A DNA stretch of 64,000 nucleotides, from NCBI GenBank assembly GCA_040285825.1, contig JAUPSS010000004.1:3997784-4061783 (forward strand), in the 5' to 3' direction. Under the pieces are notes generated by a model. It saw only the letters and a list, made by a program, of their open reading frames with translations, was not told the origin of the DNA and did not search any database. Positions 23,216 through 34,958 of this stretch are shown piece by piece. Positions within the stretch are counted from its first letter, which is position 1. Each line of letters opens with the position of its first letter. The DNA is from Eukaryota sp. TZLM1-RC. Taxonomy: Eukaryota > Protista > Metamonada: BaSk clade. The position numbers and the translations under genes are program-made.

Positions 23216-23459
23216 ATAGGGAACGTGAGCATACAGAAACTAAAACTTTTGAGACCGATCTACAAATGCCTTAGTAGCATTTGGTAGATCCACTTAGATA
23301 CATCAAGTCGCGAGGCTTTGTTCTGTGAAAGCAGTAGGTGTATTTAAGTGAAGCAGCCCATTGATGAAGATCATGATTGTCTTTGTCAAATGACACTACA
23401 TATCTCTTACAGCCTGTGTGTAGACATTGAGAAAGTTGAAAACAGGAGTGAAAATCACA
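23216..23459 (+). ncRNA. candidate omegaRNA scaffold, Fanzor family B copy 1
   Basis: Conserved with 34959-35263 up to GGAGTGAA..TCACA, then divergent. Stems GATCTACAAATGC/GCATTTGGTAGATC and CACTTAGATACATC/GGTGTATTTAAGTG; GCGA and GAAA tetraloops. Confidence 0.7.
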
Positions 23460-23513
23460 GAAACATTTTCAAGTTTTTTTGTTCTTTCAGTTGGTTGAAT
23501 TTTTTTCCAGCTG

Positions 23514-25304
23514 ATGACTGATACCGAAAACATCACAGACCCTCAGACCCAGTCCCAAATAGACGCAAACACTCCTTCCATTCCAGAAATGGAACAGTCT
23601 CATTGCGTTATCGAAGATTCACATTACGTAGATGATGATGATGAACAAGATGAACCTCCCTGTGATACTCTTTCTGAGAACTCTTGTTCTTCACCATTGG
23701 GTTCTCGCAACTCTTCAATCTCATGTGACTCTTGCCTCATAGATAGCCCTTCACATATCTCAGAGGTCACTACCATAACCCAAACAATGCAGGAAGAACT
23801 CTCAGTAGCCCCAGTAGAGGACTCTTCGCCGATTCCTACGCCGAATCCAACCATTAAAGCTCCTCTTCCTCCATGGATTGAGTACCTTGTCCGGTCATCC
23901 TCCATTACCAACACCGACGTTCCCGTCCGTCCCTTCGCCGACATTCCTGATGATGGTTGGGACTCGGAGGAAGAAGGGTATGAGAGAAAGGTGTTGGCTA
24001 GTGATGTCACACATGAAACTATTAATCATTTTGAGAATGAGTTTCTTTTATTTGATATGGAGATTGATCAGTCCATTGTTGATTGTTACCAGGGAATGAT
24101 TGGCCAATCATCTGTCGATGATGATTCCAAGCCAGTCACTTTCGGTTTTGATTCGGAAAGTGATAATTCATCATCGGAAGCTGACTGTGATGATGAAGTT
24201 TTTGACCAGTTAACAACCTCAATGCTCGAGAAACTTTCCCATGAAGACCTTGAAGTTTTTTCGTTACCGATATACCATAAGAGAAACCAAACAGGGTTTG
24301 AAACTGATAGGGAACTATCCCTTTCCGAAAATGAAGTGATTGCCGGTCGTTACGTCATCATTGATTCTTTGGGCTCAGCTGCTTTCTCTTATGCAATTCA
24401 AGCACAAGACCTGACAAATGGGGAGGAAGTTTGCCTGAAAGTGATTAAGAATTCAAAAGACTATTTCGATCAATCATTAGATGAAATTAAATTATTAGCT
24501 TTACTAAACAAGCATGACCCATTAGATAAGTTCAATGTGGTCAAATTACTCGATTTTTTCTATTATAGAGAACATTTGTTTTTGGTCTTTGAATTGCTTA
24601 AAGAGAATCTGTATGAAGCTTTTAAGTTTAATAAATTTCATGAAGTCATTGAAGAGCACAGAGACCCCTATTTTACCCTTCCCACCATTCAGCGGATAGC
24701 TCACCAAGCGCTGGTAGCCTTGGATTATTGTCACGGACTAGGGATAATTCATTCTGATATTAAGCCAGAAAATATTCTAATCCAATCTTACTCACAAGTT
24801 TTGATTAAAGTTGTTGATTTTGGATCCTCTTGTTTCACACATGACCACCTTTCCTCTTATGTCCAATCTAGGTCTTATCGGGCACCAGAAGTGCTGCTAG
24901 GATTACCTTATAACACCAAGATTGACATTTGGTCTCTGGCTTGTGTATTAGCCGAGCTTTGGACAGGAGAAGTTTTGTTTCTCAATTCCACTATTCAGAC
25001 GTTGTTATCTAGAATCATTTCCATTGTGGGACCTATTCCAAAACACATGATTTATAAGTCAAAATATGGGAATAGATACTTCACTAGTGATTTGTGGCTC
25101 TACGAAAGGGTTCGAACAGATCTAGGTTTAAACGAATTTCATTGCCTTCTGCCACGGAAAAGTAGTTTATCTCAACGTCTGAGATGCACCGACAGTCATT
25201 TCATTGATTTTCTACAGTATTTGTTCACAATTGATCCAAAAGAAAGACCTTCAGCCAGGGAGGCCTTGGATCATCCTTTTTTTAGTGTTGATTATGAAGA
25301 ATAG
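23514..25304 (+). CDS. DYRK-family protein kinase (DYRKP-like)
   Basis: 'TGFE...VIAGRY', 'LGSAAFS', 'HSDIKPEN', 'DFGSSC', 'SYVQSRSYRAPE'. Confidence 0.9.
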   Translation: MTDTENITDPQTQSQIDANTPSIPEMEQSHCVIEDSHYVDDDDEQDEPPCDTLSENSCSSPLGSRNSSISCDSCLIDSPSHISEVTTITQTMQEELSVAPVEDSSPIPTPNPTIKAPLPPWIEYLVRSSSITNTDVPVRPFADIPDDGWDSEEEGYERKVLASDVTHETINHFENEFLLFDMEIDQSIVDCYQGMIGQSSVDDDSKPVTFGFDSESDNSSSEADCDDEVFDQLTTSMLEKLSHEDLEVFSLPIYHKRNQTGFETDRELSLSENEVIAGRYVIIDSLGSAAFSYAIQAQDLTNGEEVCLKVIKNSKDYFDQSLDEIKLLALLNKHDPLDKFNVVKLLDFFYYREHLFLVFELLKENLYEAFKFNKFHEVIEEHRDPYFTLPTIQRIAHQALVALDYCHGLGIIHSDIKPENILIQSYSQVLIKVVDFGSSCFTHDHLSSYVQSRSYRAPEVLLGLPYNTKIDIWSLACVLAELWTGEVLFLNSTIQTLLSRIISIVGPIPKHMIYKSKYGNRYFTSDLWLYERVRTDLGLNEFHCLLPRKSSLSQRLRCTDSHFIDFLQYLFTIDPKERPSAREALDHPFFSVDYEE

Positions 25305-25722
25305 GATTGGTGCTTGTATATCTAATTAAATAAATTATTTAGCCTTTTTTAATTTTATTAAGTCATGATTTTTTTTAGATTTTGGTGGATACAATTTTTT
25401 TAAATATTTTCTGCTTAGATCAAAATATGGTTAAAAATTGGTTCAACTGTTGATAGATAAATTCAAACTTGATTAATTAGTTGAATTAGGCTCGCTGCCT
25501 CATAAACTGAATGTCGTAGTTGTTTGTACAAAAGCTATCAAAGAAGACGACTCAAACAAATACTCCCTTTATTTAGTGGAGGGACATAAATGCTTTAAAA
25601 TTGAAAGAAAACATAAGGTCAGGAACACTTCTTTTAAAGGTCAAGGATCTTGAAGATCTTGAGTTTGAAAAAGATGAATGTAAATCCAATACCAAAACTT
25701 ATTACGTGCACCCTTAAAAATA

Positions 25723-28700
25723 ATGTCTGCAGCTCGTCGTCTTCGCGAAGCTCGCAAGGCCAAGAGCAGTGGTCTTCAGCTGTTAGATTCACAACTCATT
25801 GATGTCTCTTCATCTTCGGTTCAAATGTCAGAACAAGACCGTGAACAATACCTTCTTGACCTACAATACGAACAGTCTAACCAGAAAGATGACTATCGTT
25901 TCGCTCGTGGAAACTCATCAGAATCCGAGGAAGAACCTACTGATACCCAAACCAAGAACAACCAACCCAAAATCTCTTCGTTTATTGGTATTTCAAGCAA
26001 GAAGAAGAGAGAACTTAAAGAAGATCCTTCGTTACTTCAAGATCTTGATGCCACATTTGGAGATGACGATGATGAAGAAAGCGAAATGGAAGAGCCTATT
26101 GCAGAGGAAAGTTATAGCTCTGAGTTTATGGACCAAGATTCAATCAAACCACCAATCAATCAACCAGTTTCTGATGACATCATCAACATTGAACCAAATC
26201 AATCGGTTTCCCAATCTCCAAAGCTTTCATTTCCAAAAGGATTATCTTCACCACCAAGGATAGGAAAGGTTAATTTACCACAGTTAAACAAGACAAAATT
26301 TCAAAAAGATTTTAAACTAGGAGAATCATTGAGTGCTTTTATCTTTGAAATCTGTGAAGAAAATAATTCAATTTTTCTTTTTGGGAAGTTGCCAATCAAT
26401 CAAACTTATAGATCAATCACATGCCGGGTTACTAACTGCGTAAAGCACTTCTATATTGAAACTTCAATTGAGTCAAAGCCACAAGTTGAAACAATTCTTT
26501 ATTCTATTTTCAATAGATTTAAAATAGAATCAGTCAATTTAATTAATTGTTTTGGGGAAAATAATCTTGGAGATAATCAACATAAACATTTTTTCAAAAT
26601 CAGCTACTTGCCAGCAACTGATATAATCCAGAGAACACAATTACCTTTGACAACTGAAGAATTTATTAAACTCTTGAACATTGAACCTTCAAGTCTGCCG
26701 TTCTCCAACGTTTATGGTCTCTCTTATTCTTTATATGAATGCTTTGTTTTGGAAAAGTCATTTGAAGGACCTGGTTGGTTTGACTTTGATCAATTCAAAT
26801 CTTTATCATCATCAAGCGGGTACTCTGATGTCATATTAGAAGTGGATTCAGACAACGTCAAGCTCAGTCAAGGTAATTTTGAAACTCCTGAGCTTTCTGG
26901 GTTGTTTGTTTCGTTCAGATCTGTGTTGGATAGTTCTAACAATCATGTACCAGTTGCTTTCAGTCTTGTTTATTCTGATGAAAAAGGTCAATATGATAGG
27001 TCAAAATCATTGATTTTGATACGTCCTTTGACTTCAAAAGACTCCTCACAATCTTTTGATAGCTTTACCGTTGCTAATAATGTCAAGGCTGCTTGTAGTG
27101 AAATCAATGGCATCAGTGTCATTCAATGCACCGATGAAGGCCAACTTCTATCAAAAATGATTGATCACGTGTCTCTTGTCGACCCTGACTTTCTCTCTGG
27201 TCACGCAATTGTCGACTTTTTGATTCCAATCATAATTGATAGAGTTTCCAAATTGAGATCTGGTCTTTTAGGTGCAAAAATTCCTTGGTTTAAGTTGGGA
27301 AGGCTTAATAGGGGCCAGAATGAGCTCAAGAAAGGCTTTGACCAGGTCAAAAAACTCACGACTGGAAGGTTGATTATTGACACTATTCTAGGATCTAGAG
27401 AATTCTTGACAAAAATGAAAAGTTTTGATCTTTCGGAAATTTCTTTCAGTATTTTCAAAGAGCATCGCGATCCTTCTGATTCTGAAACTACTAGAAACTT
27501 GTTTGGATCTTCATTTAAAGTCACTAAACTTCTTAACCAATGCTTAAATGATTCTTTCCTATCTCAGAGAATATCTTCCCACCTGAATCTAATTCCTTTG
27601 ACATTTAAGCTGGCCAAGATCACTGGATCACCTTGGAGTGATGTTCTTTTAAGTGGTAGGAGCAGAAGGATTGAATGGTTGTTGTTACATAGATTTAAAT
27701 CAGATTTCGTCATCCCAGACAGAAGGTCAAAAAAGAAAGATGATGACGGGACCAAAAAAACTGCTTCCTATGCTGGGGGTCTGGTTTTAGAGCCAAAAAG
27801 GGGACTGTACACTACCTATGTAATGGTTTTGGATTTCCTTTCTCTTTATCCTTCAATTATTCAAGAATTTGATGTTTGTTTCACAACCATGAAGCCTTCT
27901 TTGGATGGTCAAGTTGTTCATAATTCTGAGAAAGGGGTTCTTCCTGCCATTTTAAAGGAACTCATTGTGCGTAGAAGGTCAGTTAAACAGGAGATCAAAA
28001 CTTTAGCTCAAAAATCCAAGAATCAACAAGACTCTTTCCTAATGGATCAATTAAATGTCGAACAATTGGCTATAAAGCTAGTCGCAAATTCTATTTATGG
28101 ATGCCTTGGATTCTCTTCTGCTAGGTTTTTTGCTAAGCCCTTAGCAGCCTTCATTACCAATTGTGGAAGGGAAATTCTAAAAAAAACTATAGAAAAAACC
28201 AATGATTTAGGATTTGATGTTGTCTATGGTGATACTGATTCTATTATGGTTGATTCAAGGACATCAAAGCTGGCAGAAGCTTTGGCAATTGCAGATAAAG
28301 TTACAAATACCATCAACAAAAGTGGATCTCACCTTGAACTTGAGCTTGACTATTTGTTTTCAAAAATCTTACTTTTAAGAAAAAAAAAATATGCTGCATT
28401 GGCTGTTGAGCTTGACCTCAATCGAACTTTCAAGGGAAATAAGCTTGAAGTTAAAGGAATTGATTTAGTTCGAAGAGATTGGTGTTTGCTATCGAAGCAA
28501 CTTTCCACCGAAATATTGGATGTAATATTTGGGTCTGATTCGAGTGATCCCAACTATTTTGACACAATATCGTTTAAAATTTTGGACAAGCTGAAATCTA
28601 CTGCTGAACAGCTCAGAAATGGAGAAATTCCCCTCGAATCTTTGGCCGTTTATAAGGAATTGAAAACTTTACCCCAAAACTACACGACCAAAGATCTTCC

Positions 28701-29595
28701 TCATGTGGCTGTTGCTCTCAGAATGCAAGCAAAAGGCTTCCCTGTCAGTTCATCTTCTGTTATTCCATACCTCATCGCCACGTCATCTTCTCCGGAATTC
28801 CAAGGAAGTACAGGATTATCTGCGAGAGCTCGAATGATCTCAGAGGTCAAACCTAACGGCGAAGATGATCTTGATCTTCAGTACTACCTCAAGTCTCAGT
28901 TACTTGCTCCTATCAGTAGATTGGTTGAAGTAATTGAAGGAATCGACCCCTCAATGCTAGCTGATGCCCTAGGTATTGAGCATAAGAGTGTTAATTCCAA
29001 TGCAAACTGTGTGGAAAATTCTGTTATTCCCAGCAAGTACATTGAACCACAGTTTGTGGTTAACTGCAAATGCAGTACCCAATATGAGTTGACTTTGGAA
29101 TCTAATATTGTGAACTTTGTTGATTCTTTCAGCAAATCTCCTTTGCCATTAAATCAAGAAAACCAACATTATTCATGTATTTCATTTCTGGAACGTTATC
29201 ATTGTCCTGACTGCTCTGATAGTCCACTCTGGGAAGATGTGGAAAGAGCAATCTTGGATTTAATCAATCTTTATTGGACTTGTGCCAGTAAATCACCATG
29301 GGTTTGTTCTCAATGTTCACGTTGTTTTAGCAACTTGGATCCGTCTAAATGTACATGTGAAGACACTCTTTCGCGAGAGACTTCAATGTTGGAATTTGGG
29401 CTTGTTGTGTATTTTTGTAAGAGATTTGTTTCTATATTTCGTAACGATCAAATTGCCAAAGACTTGATTGGTAAATTAGACCGATTGAGTACCAGGGTAG
29501 AGAACTGTACCGTTGATCTAAGTACATTGAGTCCCATTAACTTGGATTTAGTCGAAAAACCTTATGTATCTATCAGCAGTTATGATTTGTTATAA
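25723..29595 (+). CDS. POLA1: DNA polymerase alpha catalytic subunit
   Basis: Family-B motifs 'YAGGLVLEPK', 'DFLSLYPSIIQEFDVCFTT', 'KLVANSIYGCLG', 'YGDTDS', 'KGIDLVRRDWC'; C-terminal Cys clusters. Confidence 0.93.
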   Translation: MSAARRLREARKAKSSGLQLLDSQLIDVSSSSVQMSEQDREQYLLDLQYEQSNQKDDYRFARGNSSESEEEPTDTQTKNNQPKISSFIGISSKKKRELKEDPSLLQDLDATFGDDDDEESEMEEPIAEESYSSEFMDQDSIKPPINQPVSDDIINIEPNQSVSQSPKLSFPKGLSSPPRIGKVNLPQLNKTKFQKDFKLGESLSAFIFEICEENNSIFLFGKLPINQTYRSITCRVTNCVKHFYIETSIESKPQVETILYSIFNRFKIESVNLINCFGENNLGDNQHKHFFKISYLPATDIIQRTQLPLTTEEFIKLLNIEPSSLPFSNVYGLSYSLYECFVLEKSFEGPGWFDFDQFKSLSSSSGYSDVILEVDSDNVKLSQGNFETPELSGLFVSFRSVLDSSNNHVPVAFSLVYSDEKGQYDRSKSLILIRPLTSKDSSQSFDSFTVANNVKAACSEINGISVIQCTDEGQLLSKMIDHVSLVDPDFLSGHAIVDFLIPIIIDRVSKLRSGLLGAKIPWFKLGRLNRGQNELKKGFDQVKKLTTGRLIIDTILGSREFLTKMKSFDLSEISFSIFKEHRDPSDSETTRNLFGSSFKVTKLLNQCLNDSFLSQRISSHLNLIPLTFKLAKITGSPWSDVLLSGRSRRIEWLLLHRFKSDFVIPDRRSKKKDDDGTKKTASYAGGLVLEPKRGLYTTYVMVLDFLSLYPSIIQEFDVCFTTMKPSLDGQVVHNSEKGVLPAILKELIVRRRSVKQEIKTLAQKSKNQQDSFLMDQLNVEQLAIKLVANSIYGCLGFSSARFFAKPLAAFITNCGREILKKTIEKTNDLGFDVVYGDTDSIMVDSRTSKLAEALAIADKVTNTINKSGSHLELELDYLFSKILLLRKKKYAALAVELDLNRTFKGNKLEVKGIDLVRRDWCLLSKQLSTEILDVIFGSDSSDPNYFDTISFKILDKLKSTAEQLRNGEIPLESLAVYKELKTLPQNYTTKDLPHVAVALRMQAKGFPVSSSSVIPYLIATSSSPEFQGSTGLSARARMISEVKPNGEDDLDLQYYLKSQLLAPISRLVEVIEGIDPSMLADALGIEHKSVNSNANCVENSVIPSKYIEPQFVVNCKCSTQYELTLESNIVNFVDSFSKSPLPLNQENQHYSCISFLERYHCPDCSDSPLWEDVERAILDLINLYWTCASKSPWVCSQCSRCFSNLDPSKCTCEDTLSRETSMLEFGLVVYFCKRFVSIFRNDQIAKDLIGKLDRLSTRVENCTVDLSTLSPINLDLVEKPYVSISSYDLL

Positions 29596-29667
29596 TTTAT
29601 TGATTAAGTAAGTCTGTAAGTTTTTTTTTAAAAAATGTTTATTAATAAATTCTTTTATGCACATTTT

Positions 29668-30720
29668 TTATTTCGTCAGGAAACGAACTAAACAAATTGA
29701 AAATGAAGCCACAATCAATGCTCCACAGATCAAAGCCAAGAACCCTCTGTTTCCTCTAGAACTTTGCTTCCATAAGGCAACTGTCCTTTCCAGTCCAGTT
29801 GAGATAAACAAAGAGCTATCACTAAAACCAGATAGAGTGGTGACAGAAAGGTGAACAGGTTTGGATGATCCCAAAACCTTTGGATGGTTCCAGCAAGAGT
29901 TGACCAAGACTGATGCCACATATCCGGCACCTGTTCCAATAAGTCCCCTATACACAATGGTATCAGTTTCAGGATCCAAAAAGAAAGGTTCCAAATGACA
30001 GGAAGTGACGGGGGTTTTGAAAGACCTTAATGTCATCTTAAAGGACCAGGTTCTTTGTTTCTGAGCAACAATGAGGGCACCAAGTCTTGATTGATCAGGA
30101 ATAACAACAAGATTTGATTGTAGAATCTGGGGCTTCTTTAGGTAGCAAGACTGAAGGGTACAACTCTCAAGAGTAAGAGCATGACTGTTGAGCTTCCCGA
30201 AATAAAATTCGCTTTCACTAGTGATGCAAATGTCATCTTCTCTTACATCAATGTGTCTCACTGAATGGTCTATTTGAGCCATACAATCTAAATGTCCAGC
30301 AATTGAACAGTGATAGACATACCCCTTCTCAAACCCGATAATAACTCCTGCAGATGGTGAGAATGCAAGACTCAGTTGATCACCCTTGTCCTGAGGAAGT
30401 GGTACTACGCAAATTTGTCTGAAATAGGGAGATGCACGAGCAATCTGGAAGATGTGACAAGTGCCATTGACGCAAAAAGCTATAAACCGTCGACCGGGAT
30501 CACAACAAAGAGAGTAAACACCGCTTGTAAAGTCCATTTTGTATACAGTTTGCATCTTGAGATCAGAAGACACCTTGAGGAGAACAACACGATTGGGAAC
30601 ACCAGTTTTGGCAGTACCACCTCCACCAGCAACAATAATCTCAGAGTTTGATATCCAGCAACTACATAACACTGGAAATTCTTCCTCTATTGAGGAACAA
30701 AGAGAGAGAACAGTTGTCAT
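29668..30720 (-). CDS. SEC12: Sec12/PREB-like Sar1 GEF (WD40, C-terminal TM)
   Basis: K-loop signature 'AGGGGTAKTGVPN'; C-terminal hydrophobic anchor. Confidence 0.8.
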   Translation of the reverse strand: MTTVLSLCSSIEEEFPVLCSCWISNSEIIVAGGGGTAKTGVPNRVVLLKVSSDLKMQTVYKMDFTSGVYSLCCDPGRRFIAFCVNGTCHIFQIARASPYFRQICVVPLPQDKGDQLSLAFSPSAGVIIGFEKGYVYHCSIAGHLDCMAQIDHSVRHIDVREDDICITSESEFYFGKLNSHALTLESCTLQSCYLKKPQILQSNLVVIPDQSRLGALIVAQKQRTWSFKMTLRSFKTPVTSCHLEPFFLDPETDTIVYRGLIGTGAGYVASVLVNSCWNHPKVLGSSKPVHLSVTTLSGFSDSSLFISTGLERTVALWKQSSRGNRGFLALICGALIVASFSICLVRFLTK

Positions 30721-30830
30721 TGAATTTTAGTAAAAAAAGATTTTTGCTTTATGGGGAGAAATTGTTGAGTGCGAAGAGTGCGAAGATCTTTACACTCGTA
30801 CTCCGTATCTTAGGTTTTAGCAATTGTACC

Positions 30831-31106
30831 TTAAATTGTGTTATAACAATTGTAGAAAATCACATTACCATCAACATCAACAAATGCAATGAGTATTTGA
30901 CTAAAGAAAGCTTTCTTATCTGTGACAATCGTATGAAGTTGTTGCATATCTGTTCCAGATGATAGAGGTAGAGTGATAAATAAGGTTGCAGTACATGTAT
31001 CACTACTGATTGCCCGAAAACCCTGGAAACCATCCTGAAGCGAAACCTCCATGATGTCTGTCCACTTATCAGATCTTCTTAATGACTCCTTTACTACATC
31101 ATTCAT
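30831..31106 (-). CDS. Sen15-like tRNA splicing endonuclease subunit
   Basis: 91 aa ending 'ILIAFVDVDGNVIFYNC', resembling the Sen15 C-terminal I.LA.V..D.T.VYY motif. Confidence 0.5.
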   Translation of the reverse strand: MNDVVKESLRRSDKWTDIMEVSLQDGFQGFRAISSDTCTATLFITLPLSSGTDMQQLHTIVTDKKAFFSQILIAFVDVDGNVIFYNCYNTI

Positions 31107-31589
31107 TGTTCACCTCTGTAAAGATGGATATTTTTTTCATTTCATCACAGCAGTTTAGTTTTTACTCCCATTTTACCCTTTTTGCTGCCACAGCAATTGG
31201 CGACTACTGGTGACTCCATGTTCTCAATTCTGTTACCAATGGCCTTCCAAGCTATTAGTTTCATCACATTTTCTCTTAATACCCACTCTCTAAAGAATTA
31301 TGTTTAAGAGGCATCAGTGAGAGAATCAATAACCTTCTTGATTAATGAAACAAGTGGTTTTGTCAATTTATCATTCCTGTCCATGGAACATTGCCTTTTA
31401 TTTATGGGTGCGGGTAGTTGATTTACTCTTGCAAATAAGCTCTCCTATCAATGTAGATTAACAACAATTAAAAACAGTAATACACATAAAAATAAAATAA
31501 AATAAAATAAAGTGAATTGGTGATGGAAAGGATAAAATCGAGTAGCAATTCACTGTTGAATTGTAAATTAGGTGAATGATTTCTGAAAA

Positions 31590-32191
31590 AGAATCAAAAT
31601 GGGATGTAGCTAATTTTCAAATCAAAACTGGGGTTGTTCATCCTTAATTATAAACAGACTGTTGGTTTTGTAGCTACATTTCAGACATCACTCTTTTCAA
31701 GCAATCTCCAAGTATAAATTTTGTGTCATTACCTATTTGATTCCAAGGCATACAGTGGTCTTTTGAAGGGTTAAGAATAAAGTTTAGTCGAAACAAATTT
31801 CAAATAATAGTATGGCTTTTATTTGAAATATCGGGAACAAAAAGAACCAAAACGACTGAAGAATCAACAAATTTCACAATATTAGAAATCCCCCAGAAAG
31901 AGATTTCTCAATCAAATCCAAAAACACTTTGAAAACGTCAAAGTGGGGGACGAGTTTATGACCTCAGTAAAACTGAATTGCTGTAATGTCTTCCATAGAA
32001 AGATATATCATGATGATGGAAGGGTAAATAAGGCTAAGTTCGATTGCTCTTGATGTCAGACCAACTGGTTTAGGGACATTTCAGCTTCCAGAAATCAACT
32101 GGAGATTACAATCAGTGAATATTTCACTGGTACTAGGCCAGAACAATTCCAAGAACCAAGGCGCGTAAGACGTCTAAGAAGACAGCAGTAG
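31590..32191 (+). pseudogene. Fanzor, family A copy 2 (not in the ORF track)
   Basis: From about 31920 reads 'HFENVKVGDEFMTSVKLNCCNVFHRKIY...DCS*CQTNWFRDISASRNQLEI...RP', homologous to 1480-1788. Confidence 0.8.
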
Positions 32192-32400
32192 CTGTTTTCA
32201 TCAACGTATTTTCAAGGTGTTTAGTGTACACTAACCCTTGGTGCTGAAAAGTTTGCATCAGTGTTGGTGATATTTATTCAATATCCATTTGATGTGAAAT
32301 TCTTAGTGTTGGTTGAATTTTAGGTTGAATACTAATCCCTTTTCTTGGACATACAGGAAGAAAAGTGGTGGGGTTTAAGACGAGTCCAACAATTGTTTTA
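32192..32400 (+). ncRNA. candidate omegaRNA of Fanzor family A copy 2
   Basis: After the stop: CAAGG..TTAGTGTACACTAA..CCTTG, GGTGC...GCATC, CATCAAC...GTTGGTG and CTTTTCTT...AAGAAAAG stems. Confidence 0.45.
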
Positions 32401-32576
32401 AGGGAACCAACTGCAGGTATAGGTAAAAATGAAACAAAAATGAGTAGAAAAACACGTCGAAAGAGTGCAGGGGGAGTCCTAAAGCTCGGAAAAGAAGGTA
32501 AGTGAGGGAAATAAGAACCTAGTTTATGAAGTGAGAGGAAAGTGTGGGCATTGCTGGAAGATATTTAGAAAAATTC

Positions 32577-33270
32577 CAGTGTTCTGTGGTGCGGTACCTT
32601 TGGACATCGCACCCGTTTTGGTGCGATTGCGTGCGAACCGCACCATAATCCGGTGCGATACTACACAAACTTAAATACCATAATTCGGAAAAAATATATC
32701 TTTTAGATCTAACGTTTGTAACGCAATAAAATCTTTTTCTTGTCCTTGAACATGGATGAAAACTGTTCATCCACCAACATTGACGACTACTTCGAAGTCA
32801 TTAGAAGCCTTGTCACAAATGGTAAAGGCTCCAATTTATTGGATCCACTGGAAAACAACGATTTATTGGATGAAGAAGAATATGTTGTAAGTTGTAGTGA
32901 TGGTGAAACAGAAGAAATTAGATGGAAGAAGTATTAGATCAGTGGTTTATTGAACCAGTGCTTGACATCAATTTGATTGACTAGTTTTATTTTAGTGACA
33001 GAAGGTTTGATGTCTTTACTTCTGTTTGTATTTTATGGTATACAGTAAGTAAGTTTGATCTTTTTTTAGAGCTCTTAGGTCGCAAGGAAGTTTACTGAAG
33101 TATACAAATCTATATCGTATATACTCTACTTTTATATATACTTGTATACTTGCTGTACATACTTGTTCAACAAGGTATGTATATAGCTCACGTAGGCTAT
33201 GTGTATAATTGGGTGCGCATTGACTGACAAATTTCTCGCACCGGTCGCACCATCGCACCACAGAACACTG
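32577..33270. mobile_element. non-autonomous hAT-type DNA transposon (MITE)
   Basis: 17-bp TIR CAGTGTTCTGTGGTGCG / CGCACCACAGAACACTG; 8-bp TSD AATAATAC (left copy decayed to AAAAATTC), confirmed against the empty site in Fanzor B copy 1; subterminal GTGCGA/TCGCAC repeats. Confidence 0.85.
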
Positions 33271-33833
33271 AATAATACCTTTAGCTTCTCATAAAGGTTC
33301 TAAATTTCATGAGGTACGTTCACATGTTTTCCAATCTGCGAAAAAATTTCCACTTATCGAAGGATCATTTTCCAAAACAAAGTTCATCAAAAATTTATGT
33401 CTGAAACGTACATTCAAACAATGCCCTCACCAAAAATTTAATATCAACAGAAAAAGTTTGAAAAATAGATTTAGAAAGATTTTATTGAAAACTGTTGGTA
33501 ATGAACTGTTTTTGACCTTTGAAGGTAGAAATATTATTGTAGAAAACACAGATGAGCTGAAAGAACCACCAAAAAAGATACGAAGATTAAAAAAAATAAA
33601 AAGTGACCCTGATGCCAACAAAACCAGAGAAATACAGTTGAAGGGCACTAAAAGATTCCCTGTCGAAGACGCAGACATCCACTGGAAATTATACCTGAAA
33701 GGCCCGTTATCGGCGTTGATCTGGGCCAATCTAGATTATGTGGTTACTTCTTAAATGATAATCAATGTGGAATTATCCCTTGGCCAACTGGCAGAAGATA
33801 CATGACAAAACCTTCACCCAATAAACACTCTCC

Positions 33834-34433
33834 TAAGACCTAATAAATCTGAGATTGCTTCAAGGAGAACAATTTGTGATATGTCCTTTGTGTGGTTATG
33901 GAGACCTAGGCTTAGATCACTCGTTTCATTGTAGAAAAGTCTCAAGAATGGTTGTACAAAGACATGACGAAGTAAATAATTTTATTAACGAATTAAATAA
34001 TTTTGAATCTGAAAAGGAATTTAAATTTGGTTTAAATAAGCAGTTACGTGTTGATGGCTTTCAAACGTCAACTAAAATTGCTTTTGATGTTACCATAGTT
34101 GGAGGTTATGGTAATAATTGGAGTGATGCTTTTTCGAAAGCTTTTTCTGATAAAATTGCAAAGTATTCAATTTTAAAAGAATTAAATTTAATTAACCAAA
34201 TTGTTCCTCTCGTTTTTAGTGTTCATGGGGGTTTTTACACTAAAACAAAAATACTATTTGACCAATTTGGATGGAATGAGGTAGCAGATGAAATTAGTTG
34301 TATCATTTTGAAGAATAGCTTTAAATGCCACAGTGCTTTTAATTATATACTTCAAAAGAAAAGAGAAGATCGTCAATGTTGGTAGGTAGTTGACTTTTAG
34401 TATTCAAGTAGTTTCTTCTTAATTTTCAATAAA
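33834..34433 (+). mobile_element. 5'-truncated RLE non-LTR retrotransposon (distinct family)
   Basis: ORF 33855-34385 'CPLCG...HSFHC...RHDEV...RVDG...FDVTI...KIAKY...PLVFSVHGG'; TSD TAAACACTCTCC at 33822-33833 and 34436-34447; ends AATAAAA. Confidence 0.9.
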
Positions 34434-34958
34434 AGTAAACACTCTCCCAACCAATATTCCGTTCCAAATCTCAACCAATATTTGAACCATTGGAATCTGG
34501 TCAGGAGGAAAGTGTACTTGGAAAGTAGCGGCCAGAAATGGAAAATAATTAAATTTGATAACCGCAGACGAAAAGACAGACGTTTCCGAGACAGTCTCAA
34601 CAAATTTCAAAAGCTGGCTGTACATCCTGAAAAACTCTATCATGCTGTGGGTTCTGCTAATTTCCCTTCTCATTGCCGAACAGTTAATCGATATGGTTGA
34701 GCAAGTTCTTTCAGAAAATGGTTGTGTTATCAAAAGGACGTGAAGCACTTGTCAACCAGTGAATTTACTACAAGCAAACTGTCAAGTTGTTGCATGGCCG
34801 AGAATATTCAAGTAGGCTCCTGGCAAATGCGTATTTGTACTGAGTGTCAAATAATATATGACAGAGATATTTCCACTGCAAAAATTATTCAAATTAAGAA
34901 GAAAGCGGAATTGTGGCCGGAAAGATACATTTGCCCAGATGCTCTGTTGAGGAGATGA

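Larger units (their letters stand above)
32548..34958 (+). pseudogene. Fanzor, family B copy 2, 5'-truncated and interrupted by a MITE and a retrotransposon
   Basis: Collinear with 22116-23215 once 32577-33270 and 33834-34433 are removed. Confidence 0.9.

Noticed and set aside
32577-32670. CRISPR-like array from GTGCGA/TCGCAC repeats
   Set aside because: Short, irregular and in both orientations; they are subterminal repeats of the hAT MITE.
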